Shown here: positions 26,760 through 40,372 of the stretch, in pieces
How positions within the stretch are numbered: position 1 is the stretch's first letter
Layout of the letters: the number at the start of each line of letters is the position of its first letter
Assembly: GCA_964016885.1 (NCBI GenBank)
Contig: OZ024743.1
Span: 187,984,001-188,048,000 of the forward strand
Direction: 5' to 3'
Length of the DNA: 64,000 bases
Origin: Eledone cirrhosa
Lineage: Eukaryota
Made by a program: the position numbers and the translations under genes
Notes under the pieces: model-generated
What the model saw: only the letters and a program-made list of their open reading frames with translations
Database searches by the model: none
Told to the model about the DNA's origin: nothing

Positions 26760-27050
26760 TCACTATTATGAGCAAATGGGGGCGCATGTGCAGGCCGCCC
26801 AGCAGCCCTGGTTGTCGGAATAGAGGATGGTGAGGGAGATGCGGTGGAAAACCAATTCCAGCTTGCTAGGTTCATCCCTGAGGGTAGCCAACTCTGTGCT
26901 GATGGTGGTGGGTTGGAAGGTAGTCCTAGAGCCCAGGACACCAGAAGTCTCCATTGATGTGCGCTCAACAAAAAACCTGTCGTAGAGCGACTGATATTTG
27001 GAGAGTTTACTCTCCTCCTTGGTCCAACTAGTGGCAGAGCCTGGGTTAAT
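26760..27050 (-). mobile_element. CRE-like RLE C-terminal remnant
   Basis: KEESKLSKYQSL...METSGVLG...EP...VFHRISLTI resembles the K..KY..L / ET.G..G / L.QRIS pattern of CRE-type RLE ends. Confidence 0.55.
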
Positions 27051-27881
27051 TAAAATTTTACACTGTAGCTTTCACCAACTTTTACCTCTATGGCTGTAGC
27101 ATCTTGTTTTAGGGAGATTTGTTTTCTATTTCTTTTAGGTACACCAACAGTTCCATGCATGTGTGTGTGTTTGTGTGTGTAAGACTGTTCGCTGTGATTT
27201 GAAATGGATTTTGCTAATATTTCTAGTAGATCGAGTTGTCACACACAACCTTTCCTTTTTGCATCATATATATATATACATACACGAGTCAGTAGACTGG
27301 GATATATATGTCTCTAACTTAAGTATGGTGATAACCACATGCACACCCACACACACACATTTGTCTCTAATTTAAGAACGTCGAGACACACACGCTCACA
27401 TACATACAAAGTCTCATTATCACTTTTGTGAAAGAGAGAGAGTAAGAGAAGTAACATTAAGAAAGGAGATAGTTAAGAAGCGTTTAAAAAAAAAAATAGT
27501 AGTTAGTTACCGAACTATGCTGTCATTATTCTGTTTTTTTTCTCTCTCTTCCCTAATCCCCCCTCTCTCTCTTTCTTTGGCTCACTTTCTCACTTATCTT
27601 CACTCTCTCATCCCTTCTCTTTCTCTCTCTACAGAATGAAGAACAAAAAAAAAACAAATAAGTTGATGCCTCGTTTTGGAGGACTGGGTTGTGGTAGGTG
27701 GAAGGGGAGTAGTGGGAGGGATGGTTTAATGTCCCCAGTGGTTCCGTTATTTTTATTGAAATCCAATTAGCCAGTCCTGTTCCTGAATATTAGTTTAACA
27801 TGTGTGTAAAGTTTCATCAGCATCGGATCTCTGGTTTAGATGACAACTGTTTACACACAGACAGAAATTGCCATTTATATA

Positions 27882-27937
<56 letters not shown>

Positions 27938-27943
<6 letters not shown>

Positions 27944-30610
27944 CGACCTCATAGTCAAGACGAGACATATTCAACAACAGAGGAGGACTATCCTTAGGAG
28001 AAAAATATGGAAGTTAAAGGACCCCACAGCCAGTAATAAATTTAAAACCATATTACTTGATGCTTTTGACAGTAAGGAAAAGCAATTAGAGTCGTACAAT
28101 ATAGAGGAACAGTGGGAATTCCTGAAAGCTAACCTGCTGAAGGTGACAGATGAAATCTGTGGCTGAAGCAGACCTATAGGCAGGAGGAGAGTAACTTGGT
28201 GGTGGAACAGTAAGGTGGATGTGTCGATCAAGGCCAAAAAGCAGGCTTGGAAAGTATGGCGGGATGGGTGAAGTAGAGAAGACTATCAAGTGGTCAGGAG
28301 GGAAGCTAGGAGACAAGTGTACTTCGCAAGAAGAGAAGCAGAGGAAAGAAAGTTCAAGCATGTTCTACAACTTGAGGACCAAAAACGTGAGGTGTTCAGG
28401 ATTGCTAGACAATGTGTCAAGGAGAACCATGATATTGTCGGGGGAGAAGTGTGTCCGGAATGATGATGGTGTACTTGCCATCATTGATGCTGATAAGAAC
28501 GTAGCTTGGAAGTGTCACTACGAAAGGCTACTAAATGAGGAGAATAAATGGGAGAAAGGTAGTCTCCCCTACATCGATCCAATAGAGGGACCAGCATTGC
28601 AAGTTGAAGGTAGTATAATAAGTAAGGCAATCAAAGGTATGAAGACGGGCAAGGCGGCTGGGCCTTCGGAAATAGTTGCTGAAATGCTGAAAGCATCTGG
28701 AACGGTGAGACACACTATGGTCACCTGGATAGTAAAGCAAGTTATACAGAATGGGGTAGTACCAAAGACTGTCATAGCAGCATCATCATTAACTGCTACA
28801 AGGGTAAAGGAGATGCCCTAGATAGGGGAAACTATAGAGGCATTAAATTAACTGACCAGGTCATGAAGGTCACAGAAAAAGTAATAGTGCAACTAATCAG
28901 AGATCGAATTGATCTAGATGAAATGCAGTTCGGGTTTGTATCAGGTAAAAGTACCACAGACGCTCTTTTCATTGTACGACAACTACAGGAGACATACCTA
29001 GCTAAAAGTAAACCCCTATACTTAGCTTTTGTAGACCTGGAGAAAGCCTTTGACAGAGTCCCCTGCTCCATTATTTGATGGGCTCTTAGAAAACTAGGTA
29101 TATATGAATGGCTTGTGAGAGCTATACAAGCCATGTATAAAGAAACAGTAAGCAAGGTTAGAATTAACAACGAATATAGTGAAGAGTTTAGTGTAAAAGT
29201 TGGTGTTCGTCAGGGCTCCGTCCTTAGCCCCCTCCTATTTATTTTCATGCTCCAAGCTCTATGGGAACTGCTATACGCAGATGATCTAACACTCATAGCC
29301 AAATCAATGGCTGAACTAGAGAAGAAATTCCAAACATGGAAGCATGGCCTAGAATCAAAAGGCCTTAAAATTAACTTGACTAAGACGAAAGTCCTAATTT
29401 GTAGGAAGGGGAATAGGGCACTGGTCCCATCTGGGAAATGGCCATGCTCAGTGTGTAGGAAAGGAGTAGGCAGAAACTCCATTTTATGTCCCGAATTCAA
29501 AGTATGGGTGCATAAAAGATGTAGTGGGATCACAGGTAAGATAATTAAGAATATAGATTTTATATGTGGCCGGTGCTCTGGTGCAATAAGTAGCAGCAAA
29601 TGCCCACAGAATACTAGCTCATTCCATTGCCCAGATGGTTCTATAGAAATAGTGGACACCTTCCGTTACCTGGGTGACAAAATCAGCAGTGGTGGAGGGT
29701 GCTCCGAAAGTACTGTAGCTAGAGTCCGAATGGGATGGAAAAAGTTCAGAGGGCTTATACCACTATTGGCCGCGAAAGGTTTCTCTCTAAAAATAAAAGC
29801 AGGCTGTATGATGCCTGTAAACGAACAGCGATGTTACATGGTAGTGAGACATGGGCCTTGTGTGCAGAGGATCTATGCAGACTGGAGAGAAATGAAGCTT
29901 GCATGCTCCGTTGGATGTGTAATAGTAATATACGCGAATGGCAAAGCATATATAAAGTAAGTGAGAAATTAGGAATAAGAGGGATCAGATGCTGTTTACT
30001 CGAGAGAAGACTACATTGGTATGGTCACGTGATGTGCATGAAAGACGACAGCTGTATAAAAAAGTGCAGCGCAATCAAAATAGACGGTAGCTACGGAGTA
30101 GGCAGACCCAGTAAAACCTGGGACGACTTGATAAAATCCGACCTCACACACTTACACCTCTCTAAGGCAATGTCACTGGACTGAGATCTTTGGCGCTACG
30201 TAGTAATATAGAAGACCCGCCTTGCCTAAGTACAAAGCGAAACCTACAGTCAGTAGGCACCTCTTAACCAAAATACACCCCCGTCCCACTACCCATACCC
30301 CCACCACCATCTACACCACCCCTTTCGATGTAAAGTTATGTTGGTACCACAACATCCAGTCCTAAATAAATGAGGTCGTGTAGGTGTCACGACAAAAAAA
30401 CACACAGTCCACATTGTAATGTGGCTATGTAGGTAACACGGTAAAAACTTCCCAGTCCACACTGTAAACGTGGTTCGTGTTAGGAAGGGCATCCCGCCAG
30501 ACAGTCCTGAGCAAGACAACCAATCTTGCCTCAAGTGGGACAATTCCCGTCCAGACCCATGCTAGCGTGGAAGATGGACGTTAAACGATGATGATGATGA
30601 TGATGATGAT
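27938..30610 (+). mobile_element. RTE-clade LINE, 5'-truncated, frameshifted
   Basis: TWWW, GKAAGP, NYRGIKL, QFGF, FVDLEKAFDRVP, RQGSVLSP, LLYADD, RRLHWYGHV, GRP.KTW; (GAT)n tail 30586-30610. Confidence 0.9.
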
Positions 30611-32360
30611 ATATATATGCATATATATATATATATGTATATATCTATATATATGTATATATATCTATATATATATATATATATATGTATCCTGATGTAT
30701 GTTCCTCAGATGAAAAACACCAAGAATAACATTTCTTCTAAGAGTTTCTTTAATGAAATGTATTCATCATCATTTAGCAACTGCTCTTCTAAGCAGGCAT
30801 GGGTTGGGTAAATAATCATTGACCAAGTCAATACTTAATAAGAGTTATTAACCACACAGATGTGCTTCATGCAGGTGTCTCACTTAGTTCCAGCACTTTA
30901 CAGAGTGTGTTGGGTGTATTTTATCATGCCATCCGTACTAGGAAGTTTGTCATGTCCTTGACATAACTGAAAAGTTTTCTCAACAGGATGGCCACAGCTG
31001 AAACAATTATAATTCTTTTTGTTCAGTGTCGAATTGACACTAAAAACATCATCTACAAGCAATAAGTTGCAAATTCTCTTGATTTTCTGAGAAGAAATTA
31101 TTTTCATATTGAACTCCATTCAAATATATATACACCTTCAATCCATCACTACTTTTGAAGAATTTTATGTGATATCATTATCATCATCATAACCAGAGTG
31201 ATAACTATAATCATCATTATGATCAGGACAATTACTACTAGTAGTAATATTATTGATTTTCTTTGCATTGTAGCTTTAAAGCTAATTTTATTATTTTTCC
31301 TACATTTTGTTTTATGTCTTCGAAAATATATGTTTTTAAAATTATTAAACTTTTTTCTCTTAGTTTTACTGGAAAATTATCTAATGGATTTGGTGCCAAA
31401 TCTATCAGAATTGGCTGTCTTCACTGGTATTTTAGATAAATGTCATATTTATTACTGAATTCTGATTATTATTTAGAAACCAATTTTCTTGAAGTACATT
31501 AGAAATTGCATGTATTTCAGCTACACAAGAAATTTTCAGATATTTCCTAGAGAATTGCCAAACAGGAATATATATGATCATATTCTGATATTTATTTATA
31601 TTTAGAAACATAATCAGGTTTTTTCACACGTATACAAACATACACATATGCATGCATATCTGTTTATACATATATATATGTGTGTGTGTTTTTTTTATAT
31701 AGAATTAGAAAACTTAACAAAGAGAAGACAATGAACAAAAACAAAGCAGGATGAAACATTTCTTTTAAAGGGGAAACCTTTAAAAAATGTATATATATAT
31801 ATTTTGCTGGGACATGTCATGTTTTTACAAATTAGCTGAGTTAATAAAAAATACATTCATGAGATTTGTCAACTACTATCAAATAATTTTTCCAGTAACA
31901 TCCTGAGTTTTCTAATGTTTTTAAAACTGCATGAAAATTCAGGCATTTAACCTCAAGAGTGCTCAATAAATATAGCCAAAACTTCCAATAAGTAGTGTAT
32001 TCTGTGGCTGGAAATTTTGAGAGGGCTAAATTAGCTTTTGCTTAGAGCTTTATATTATGTAGACAAACTGAATTAAAAACAGTTCAAGGCAAAAATGTAT
32101 TAGAATAAATATATATATTGGGCGTGTTATATTTCTTCAAACTTGATGATTAGTAAAACGTACAGCCATGAGCATCATCAATTAGAATTATACAAGGTAT
32201 TCTACATCTCATTACTGAAGTTCTAAGAAGCTCAATCAAATTTTGATATTTTGTCTGTATATTTAGTCTGGAAAAATTTGAATTGACCTTTATGATGAAA
32301 TTTAGGGTTGTGCTTTTACATGGTGGGCCATAATTAGCTTACTGATTACAAAGAAACCTA

Positions 32361-32945
32361 ATAATGGTTTCTAATTTAGGCACAACACTACCAAATTTTG
32401 TTGGGAAGAGCAAGGATGATTAAATCAGCCCCCAGTTTATTCGTACCTTATTTTATTGACCTTGCAAGGATGAAATGCAAAGTTGAGCTTAGCAGGATTT
32501 TAATGATTTCTAATTTAGTTACAAGGCCACCAATTTGTGGGCAGGAAAAATCGATTACATCTACTCCAGTGTGCAACTGGTATGTATTTTATCAACTCCA
32601 GAAGGATGGAAGAGAATTTGAACTTCGGGAGATCTGAATTCAGTACATAAAAAGCTATAAATAAATGCTGAAAAGCATTTTGTCTAGTGCTCTAAGGATT
32701 CTGCCAGTCCACTAAAACATAATAATTGTTTCTACATTTGGCACAAGGCCAGCAATTTGAAGGGAAGAGGAAAGTCAACTAAATCGACTCCAGTGTATTA
32801 CTAGTACTTTAGTTTATCGACCTTGTAAGGATTAAAGGCAAAGCTAACTTCTGAAGGATTTGAACTCAGAATGTAAAAGGCCGTAACTCTGTGCCACAAA
32901 GCCTAATATCCGATGCTCTAACGGTACTGCCAATCCACCAAAACG
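32361..32945 (-). mobile_element. Stacked decayed SINE copies (about three)
   Basis: Repeated TTTCTA..TT.GGCACAAGGCC, GGATGAAAGGCAAAG and TTTGAACTCAG motifs of the 20598 SINE. Confidence 0.7.
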
Positions 32946-33342
32946 TAATAATAGTATACTTGCAAACAGGCGACATTTTGATGATATATCATAGAAAACT
33001 TCAATGAATTGTCTATGTATTACTTTTCAAATAAAATGTACAATCACTATGGTTTCTTTTATATTCACATTTCTTAACAGTAATCTAGTAAGCTAATTAT
33101 GATTCACCCTATGTATATTGATGACCAAAACTGAGTAATTGATACTTTGAAATATACATTATGTTATACCATTATAAAAAGCACAAGATATTAGCCATTG
33201 CTGTGTGGCACAATAACTTATTTAGTGACTTCTTACAACATGAAGGGATATAGTGTACCTATTGTAATCAGGATACACAAAGTATATATATATATGTGTA
33301 TGTGTGTGTGTGTGTGTGTGTGTATATGTATATCTATCTGTT

Positions 33343-33379
<37 letters not shown>

Positions 33380-34139
33380 CTGTATGTGTGTGTGTGTGTG
33401 TGTGTAATACTGGTGCCATAATAAAATGCATCATGGCATCAGCACTATAAAGGTTGCATTTCCTTGGTACAATGGACAAAATGGAAAAAGGGTGAAAGTA
33501 TAGTACATCACCACACATACTAGTTCCCTGACAGTGACTGACGTGTCCAGCTTGCTTGTCAAAAACAATACTTGAATGTTTACGGCTCCATTCTGTAAAT
33601 GTTGTCTCTACTTCCCATATGTCATTACTTCCCATAGAAAAAATACAGTTGAGTACTATTTTGACAGGCCTTATACTTTTCTTGGGTAAATATTTTCTTG
33701 GTGTTTGGATGGGTGTTTTTGTGGGTATAGTCTTTTATATATCCCAATGATCCAACAGTGCTATATTATTTAAACGTCAAAAGTTAATTCATCTCAATAA
33801 TTTTGGTCATAATGTCCTATCCTTGTGCTAAACAATAGATTATTTGTCTCAGTAACATATTGTGGATTATAAGAATAATTAGTCTGCTTCAATCCTTTTT
33901 ATACAACAGAAATTATGTTTGCCCATGTTTGCACAGTTCTTTATTTCTAAGTTTAAATGTTTGTGGATTTCATTAAATTTGTCTAAACTATTTCATACCT
34001 ATTCCCCCCTGTTTCACCATCACATAGATACAATTGTAAAATACAAAAGTTCTCCAATTGATCTTTTGCCACAATGTGAGAAAGGTCATGACAGAATAGA
34101 ATATGTTACAATCTGTATAGGAAATATGTATTGTTAAAG

Positions 34140-34365
34140 ATAATGGCTTGTGATTTTGGCACAAGCCCAACAATTTTAGTGGAAGGGAAACTCAATTAAA
34201 TCAACTCGGGTGGGTTACTGGTACTTTATTTAATCAACCCTGTAATGATGAAAGACAAAGCTAACCTTGGTGGGATTTGAACTCAGAACATAAAGGTCGA
34301 CAAGCCTATGCCATGAAACGAAATGTCTGATGCTCTACCGATTCTGCCAATCCATCACCCTGTGA
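34140..34365 (-). mobile_element. Decayed SINE copy
   Basis: GGCACAAG...TACTGGTACTTTATT...GATTTGAACTCAG...CTGCCAATCCA. Confidence 0.7.
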
Positions 34366-34599
34366 TTAAAGATAATAGAAAGAAATGCATTAATGTATGG
34401 AAGGACGATTCTGAAAGACATAACGTTGAGGTAAATAGTGGAGGATTTAAATCACCATTAATGCAGAAGGAGAGTGATATATGAAACATGCAGGTAGGAA
34501 TTAAGATTCCTAATGCTTCTCAAACTGATATTTGCTTCAGCTCTCTGTAACCTGTGTTTAAATCTTGCTTTTTATCCTGAGAATATGCTAAGAGTGGGT

Positions 34600-34870
34600 T
34601 TAAATGTCACTTAAAGAGATCATCTGACCAATGACCGACTATATGGGAACCTTAGTCCTGTATCAGACATCATCAAAAGGCTCAGTCAAATTTGCAGGAC
34701 ATTGCTTGAGTGCAAAAGATGAAATTGTTAGTGAAATTCTTTTGTGGGAGCCTATATAAGGAAGAGCTATCAGAAGATGACAAGCTAAGACTTATATCAA
34801 GTAGATTTGTGATGACACAAACTACAATCCCTCTGACCTGCCACATATGATAAACAATAGAATTGGATGG
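34600..34870 (+). mobile_element. Very decayed RTE-like 3' remnant
   Basis: LYG.L..VS..I and LWEP..GR..R...TY-like fragments. Confidence 0.35.
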
Positions 34871-34929
34871 TTACAGAGAGTGTGGAATCTACACAAGGGA
34901 AAGCTAGCTGAGGACAAGCCAAGACATTC

Positions 34930-35440
34930 TTCTTCTTCTTCTTTGTCCATTTATTCCAGAGCGGGTCATGGGGCAGAATCCTCAAACACTTCTTCCAGTA
35001 CGTCCTGTCAGCAGCAACCTCTTGCAACTGATCAGGCTGGATCCCAAAGTGTGACCAGTCAAGCTCATGGATGATATTCAATTATCTTGCACAGGGTCTA
35101 CCAGTTCGATTTGCCCATAAAATTTGTCTAGTGATTCTTTCCTGAGACATTCTAACCACATGCCCATAATATCGGACCTGTGATCTCTGAATTCAGAGAA
35201 GTAGCGGCTCTACCTGGAATGACTCTTTGATCTCTGAGTTACATACTTTAACGAGTAGTGTTACTCCAAAAACCCATCGGAGGAATCCCATTTTGGCCAC
35301 TAATATTTGCAATTGTATTCTTTCAATCATTACCCAAGATACATGACCATAGGTAAGGGTTGGCATGAAAACCGAATTGAAGATAGCTCCCTTCTTCTGA
35401 TTACTAAATGCTGAAGTTGGCACATTACTTTCGCTGAATA
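34930..35440 (-). mobile_element. Decayed RTE-like C-terminal remnant
   Basis: SVFMPTLTYGHVSW...MGFLRWVFGVTL...NSEI; EVAADRTYW; short (AAG)n tail. Confidence 0.7.
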
Positions 35441-36753
35441 TGATGAACAATAAAATTGAATGGTGACAGAGACCAAAGGATCTGTGCAACCAGTGCAACT
35501 TATTGAGTGATTATCCTTTTGGTGGTTAATAACATAAAACACTTCATTAATGAAGTTAATTAATAGTATCAGAAGGGGGAAGAATTATTGGTATATAATA
35601 AAGGAGATGAATAAGTTCAGTAGAAAATATCAAGAGAGATTTTCGATAATAAGTTCTTTACGGCCAAATCCATTACTATTGGGATGTTTGAAGTGATGGT
35701 ATAAGGCAGGCATCATTTTATTTGTTGTTTTTTATCTATTTAAAATTATTTTACTGTGTTCAGTGATGAAACTGAGGCCAAATAAAAGAGGTTGACCTTC
35801 GTGCAAATAGTCACATATTTCAATAGATCAATCAAGTTCTTGAAAGTGGTGCAGCCAGTCGTTAGGGTGCCACCCATCATGATAATCACCATCCTCATCT
35901 TAATCATTATCACCATAATCAATATTGCATCTACTTTTCCATACAGGTATTAGCTGGATGGAACATTCTGAAGCAGTATTTCATGATTGTATGCTATTCC
36001 TGATGCCAACCCACTTGGCTGCTTCTTATCTCACACAGGCCTCAATGTTTCTATACTAAAAAAAAGATAAACATGAAAATATATACATTGCATTCCTTCG
36101 TCATCTCTGTGAGATTTAGTGTCCTTAGATCCACTCACTCCACCTTCTGCCTAGATTTTCCTTGCCCTTCCTTTACTGCAACCTCTATTCATGGGCAACT
36201 AGTGATACTTTTTCCTCTAACAGTAATCATCCATATGTATTATAGTTCGATGCCAGTACAGTCTTCTTTCTTGTACACTTCATTTTTATACTTTGCCGTT
36301 TATGCTTATTAACATAAAAAATCCATTGAAACATGCTCACTTTGTTTTTCTGTAGCCTTTGTATATCCTCGGCATTTACTGCTCATGTTTCACTGACATG
36401 CACATTGAATTTCATACACAGGAATCAAACAGCTGGCCTTTCATTCATAGACAGAAATCTTTTGTTATCAATGGAGGTAGTAGTTCCAAGAAACATTTCA
36501 AGTCTGTTTATATTCTAGCTACAATTCTTTAAAGGTAATCACCTCCTCTGATAATTAGGTCACTTTTTAGGTAGCAAAAGCTGTCAAATACCATAGCACT
36601 TGTCTGTATTTCACTGGGGCTCATACTACTAATCACCACTATGTATTTGCCACATACAACATACACACATAAATCATAATCATCATCATCATCTCCATTA
36701 TATGTCCACTTTCCCATGTTTTCATAGAATGCACACTTGCACACTTGCATGCT

Positions 36754-36786
<33 letters not shown>

Positions 36787-36969
36787 GTATAAACGTGGTT
36801 CTGTCTTTGCGCGTAATTGTTTTTCACCGCTCCTATTAATGACGTATTATATTCGTTTTTTCCCGTTCTTTGCCAGTGAACGTTTCCACGAACCAAAATA
36901 TCGTCTTCCTGTCTTCCTCCGTTTGCAACGTTTGAAATATCCACTTCTGCGTTTCAGATTGACTTTGTT

Positions 36970-37020
36970 AGTTTCAGAAGATTCCGTTAAGGGTGAAAGC
37001 AGCGATTCTTTGCTTAAACT
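36970..37020 (+). ncRNA. Type I hammerhead-like ribozyme, CAGAAGA core (copies 40172-40222 +, 25867-25917 -, 25918-25963 + partial, 54421-54471 -)
   Basis: AGUUU/AAACU stem I, CAGAAGA, stem II, GAAA, AGCA/UGCU stem III, UH site; located in a PLE pLTR where hammerheads are expected. Confidence 0.7.
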
Positions 37021-37174
37021 TTAATCTGTTATTTTAATAAATATTTGCTCTACGGTTCTTATATATTTGATATATATTTATCCTTATCGAGCCCTCTTTG
37101 GATTTTAGTCTTCAAATTTATTATTATTACTATTTGGCTCCTTCGGTTGAGCACTCTACTGACTTATATTCATC

Positions 37175-39231
37175 ATGCAGAAACAACATCTGAATATTTC
37201 TAAGAACATACGCGTACCAAGCAGGAAAACATATCTAAAACTCCTGATACAGAAAACAGACGCGTTCATTGAAAGGTTGCGTTGGCGTGCCTTTTATTTC
37301 GATAATCCGCGAAAAGCAGACAACAAGCAGGATAAATTTGGATTTAAAACCTATAATAACCCCCCTGTGTAACCCAGCATTGCTACCCTTCGAAAATGAT
37401 GTCTTGGAACTCATTCGGAGTATCAAATTTCGGAATAGGAGCAATTCCTTCCAGCAAGACCTGAAGAATAGAATTCGTTCTATTAAGGATTCTAATGCCG
37501 TGCACGTCCATTCCGACAAAACTGGCAACCTATATCAAGTGGAGCGCAGTACTTATCATCAACTACTACATAATGCTGTAACTAAGGATTACCGTAAAAC
37601 TAATCGGTGCGTCATCAATGAAATCAACGATGCTGTGTTTAAAATCACATCTGATCTCAATATCCTGGACCGGACCGAACCTCTGGACTCTATTTCTCCC
37701 CACTTTACCCTGAAATATCAAAATCCAATTTTCCGAACAACCCCTTTATTCGGCTTATTAACCCTACGAAGTCAGATTTAGGTAGACTTAGTAAAACGAT
37801 TCTTGATAGAATTATACCTGAAATTAGAAGTTTGGCCCCTCTTGCACTGTGGAACAATTCTTTCGCAGTGATTGATTGGTTCAACGGCATATGTAACAAG
37901 GAACATTGCCGTTTTATCCAATTCGACATCAACAATTACTACTCCTCCATCACTTTACCACTTCTCCTTAGAGCTATCAATTTCGCTAAAACACTCACAG
38001 TGTTTAAGGATTTCGAATTTGATGTCATCCTCAATGCCCGAAGGTCGGTGATTAATTTCGACGACTCTTCTGCGGAGGTTACTGATCTTATCGGCCTTTT
38101 CCTTCTTTTCTCTATCAAGGACGAATTCCCCAACGCGGGCGGTGGTTTGTACCGTGACGATGGTCTTTTGACCGTGACTAAGTGCGGACCTCGTGCTTGC
38201 GACAGGATCAGAAAAGAACTCACAGCCTTCTTTAAAGGCTTCAACCTCTCTATACAGGTTGAGGCCAATCTCTCGGTCGTTAATTATCTCGACGTTACCC
38301 TCAATTTATTGAATGGGTTGTATTACCCGTATAGAAAGCCGAATGATACGCTTAATTACATAAGTAAGCATTCTAACCATCCTGCCAGCATAACCAAGAA
38401 CCTGGTAAGAAACGTTTCGTTGAGGCTTTCCCGTCTTTCCACCAACGAGCGTATTTTCAACGACCATTCCACTTATTACAATGAAGCTCTTGCTCGAAGT
38501 GGATTTTTCGATAAGGTAGCATATACAGAGTACGAAAATAGACCTAGAAGAAATAGATCCCGTCGCATTTGTTGGTATAACACACCATATAATATGGCGG
38601 TGGCCACACCATTACCTAAGATCTTTCTTTCCCTTATTACGAAGCATTTTCCCCCTACACATAAGTATAGTAAAATTTTGAATAGAAATACTATTAAAAT
38701 GTCTTACTCTACGACTCCTAACCTTGCACATAACATCACAGCTTCAAATTTAGCTAAACTACCTAACCGTAGGAACACGTGCAACCCTGTAGTTAGTACT
38801 AACTGTAATTGTAGGTTCGGGTTGATTGCCCCCTATCCGGGAAATGCCTCGCTAGTAACATTGTCTACAAATGTAAGGTTGTAACACTCACGTCCCGTAG
38901 GGCCTACATAGGGTTAACCGCCAATAGATTCAAGCAGCGTCTTTACATGCATACCCATTCTTTTCGTTACCCTCTAAGTAGGAATATGACGTCACTTTCA
39001 GCTTATATCTGGAGTCTAAAAGACAACCACACCCAATATAAGTTATACTGGGAGATCCTAGCTAGGGCTAGATGGTATAACGGAAATAAAAGACCATGTG
39101 ACCTCTGCGCCGCTGAGGCCCTGGAAATACTCTACGCCACAGACCACATCTTAAACAAAGAATCTGAGGCAATTTCGGCTTGTAAACTTGCACAAAACTT
39201 TCCTGTATTACAGCCCCACGTTATACCCTAA
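37175..39231 (+). pseudogene. Naiad-type RT + GIY-YIG endonuclease, frameshifted, with internal RT deletion
   Basis: KNIRVPS...FIERLRWRAFYF, DKTGNLY, FDINNYY, LYRDDGL, WYNTPYN, CNC..CPL.GKC, IVY..YIG.T..FKQR, CDLC..E, LNKESE. Confidence 0.88.
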
Positions 39232-40327
39232 CGGATAGCACGATCTATACGTGGATATTTTACGTCTTGATGTGGGAGCTAAGTATGTTTTGATTATACC
39301 ATTACTTATTTGCATATGTAAGTATATTTTACCCGTATGTTTTGTGAAGGTACGTATACCTCTCGTACGTATATTTGATTGTTTATGTTATGGCGTATAA
39401 TTATATATATTCTGGTACATATGGTTTGGCTATGTGTATACGGGAGTTTTGCGTCTGTGTGAGTATGCAGGTTCGTACGTATGTAGGGTGTGTGTATATG
39501 TGTACTTCATGTTTTGGTTGACTTACGTCTCCGAACATTCGTGTATTTACATGTAGGTATGAGTGTGCGCTTGTTATATATGTATTTATTTATTTATATA
39601 CGTTTATATAATTATTTATTTATTTGTATACACGCATACACACACACACATATTTATATGTGCGTGGTTTTGTATACCGATGGTAAGTGTTCTGCGTATG
39701 CTTGTGTATGTACGTATTTGTTTGCGTGTATGTACTTATTTATTTCTATTACTTCTGTATTGTATTTATTTACTTTGTTCTTAACTCTGTAGCGGAGATT
39801 CATTCGGTCTCCTAGTTAGAATTTTAGTCTACGACTTCTGCTATACCATTTACGTGGTTTTGTCTTTGCGTGCTATTGTTCTCCACGCTCCACATATGAC
39901 GTATTATCTTCGTTTTTTTCGTTCATCGCCAGAGAACGTCTCTATGAACCACCTAAGGGAACATTAGTCTACGACCTCTTATATACCATAAACGTGGTTC
40001 TGTCTTTGCGCGTATTTGTTTTTCACCGCTCCTATTAATGACGTATTATATTCGTTTTTCCCGTTCTTTGCCAGCGAACGTTTCCACGAACCAAAGTATC
40101 GTCTTCCTGTCTTCCTCCGGTTGCAACGTTTTTTGAAATATCCACTTCTGCGTTTACAGATTGACTTTGTTAGTTTCAGAAGATCCCGTTAAGGGTGAAA
40201 GCAGCGATTCTTTGCTTAAACTTTAATCTGTTATTTTAATAAATATTTGGTCTACGGTATATATATTTGATATATATTTATCCTTATCGAGCCCTCTTTG
40301 GATTTTAGTCTTCAAAGTTGTTATTAT

Positions 40328-40362
<35 letters not shown>

Positions 40363-40372
40363 AACGAGTAGG

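Larger units (their letters stand above)
36788..40332 (+). mobile_element. Penelope-like element (Naiad type) with direct pseudo-LTRs 36788-37132 and 39988-40332
   Basis: Direct terminal repeats of ~345 bp, TA-rich flanks, single RT+GIY-YIG coding region. Confidence 0.9.

Noticed and set aside
38800-39231. Selenocysteine-encoding Naiad (known in some invertebrates)
   Set aside because: Conserved GIY-YIG cysteines are TGT/TGC; no in-frame TGA at Cys positions.
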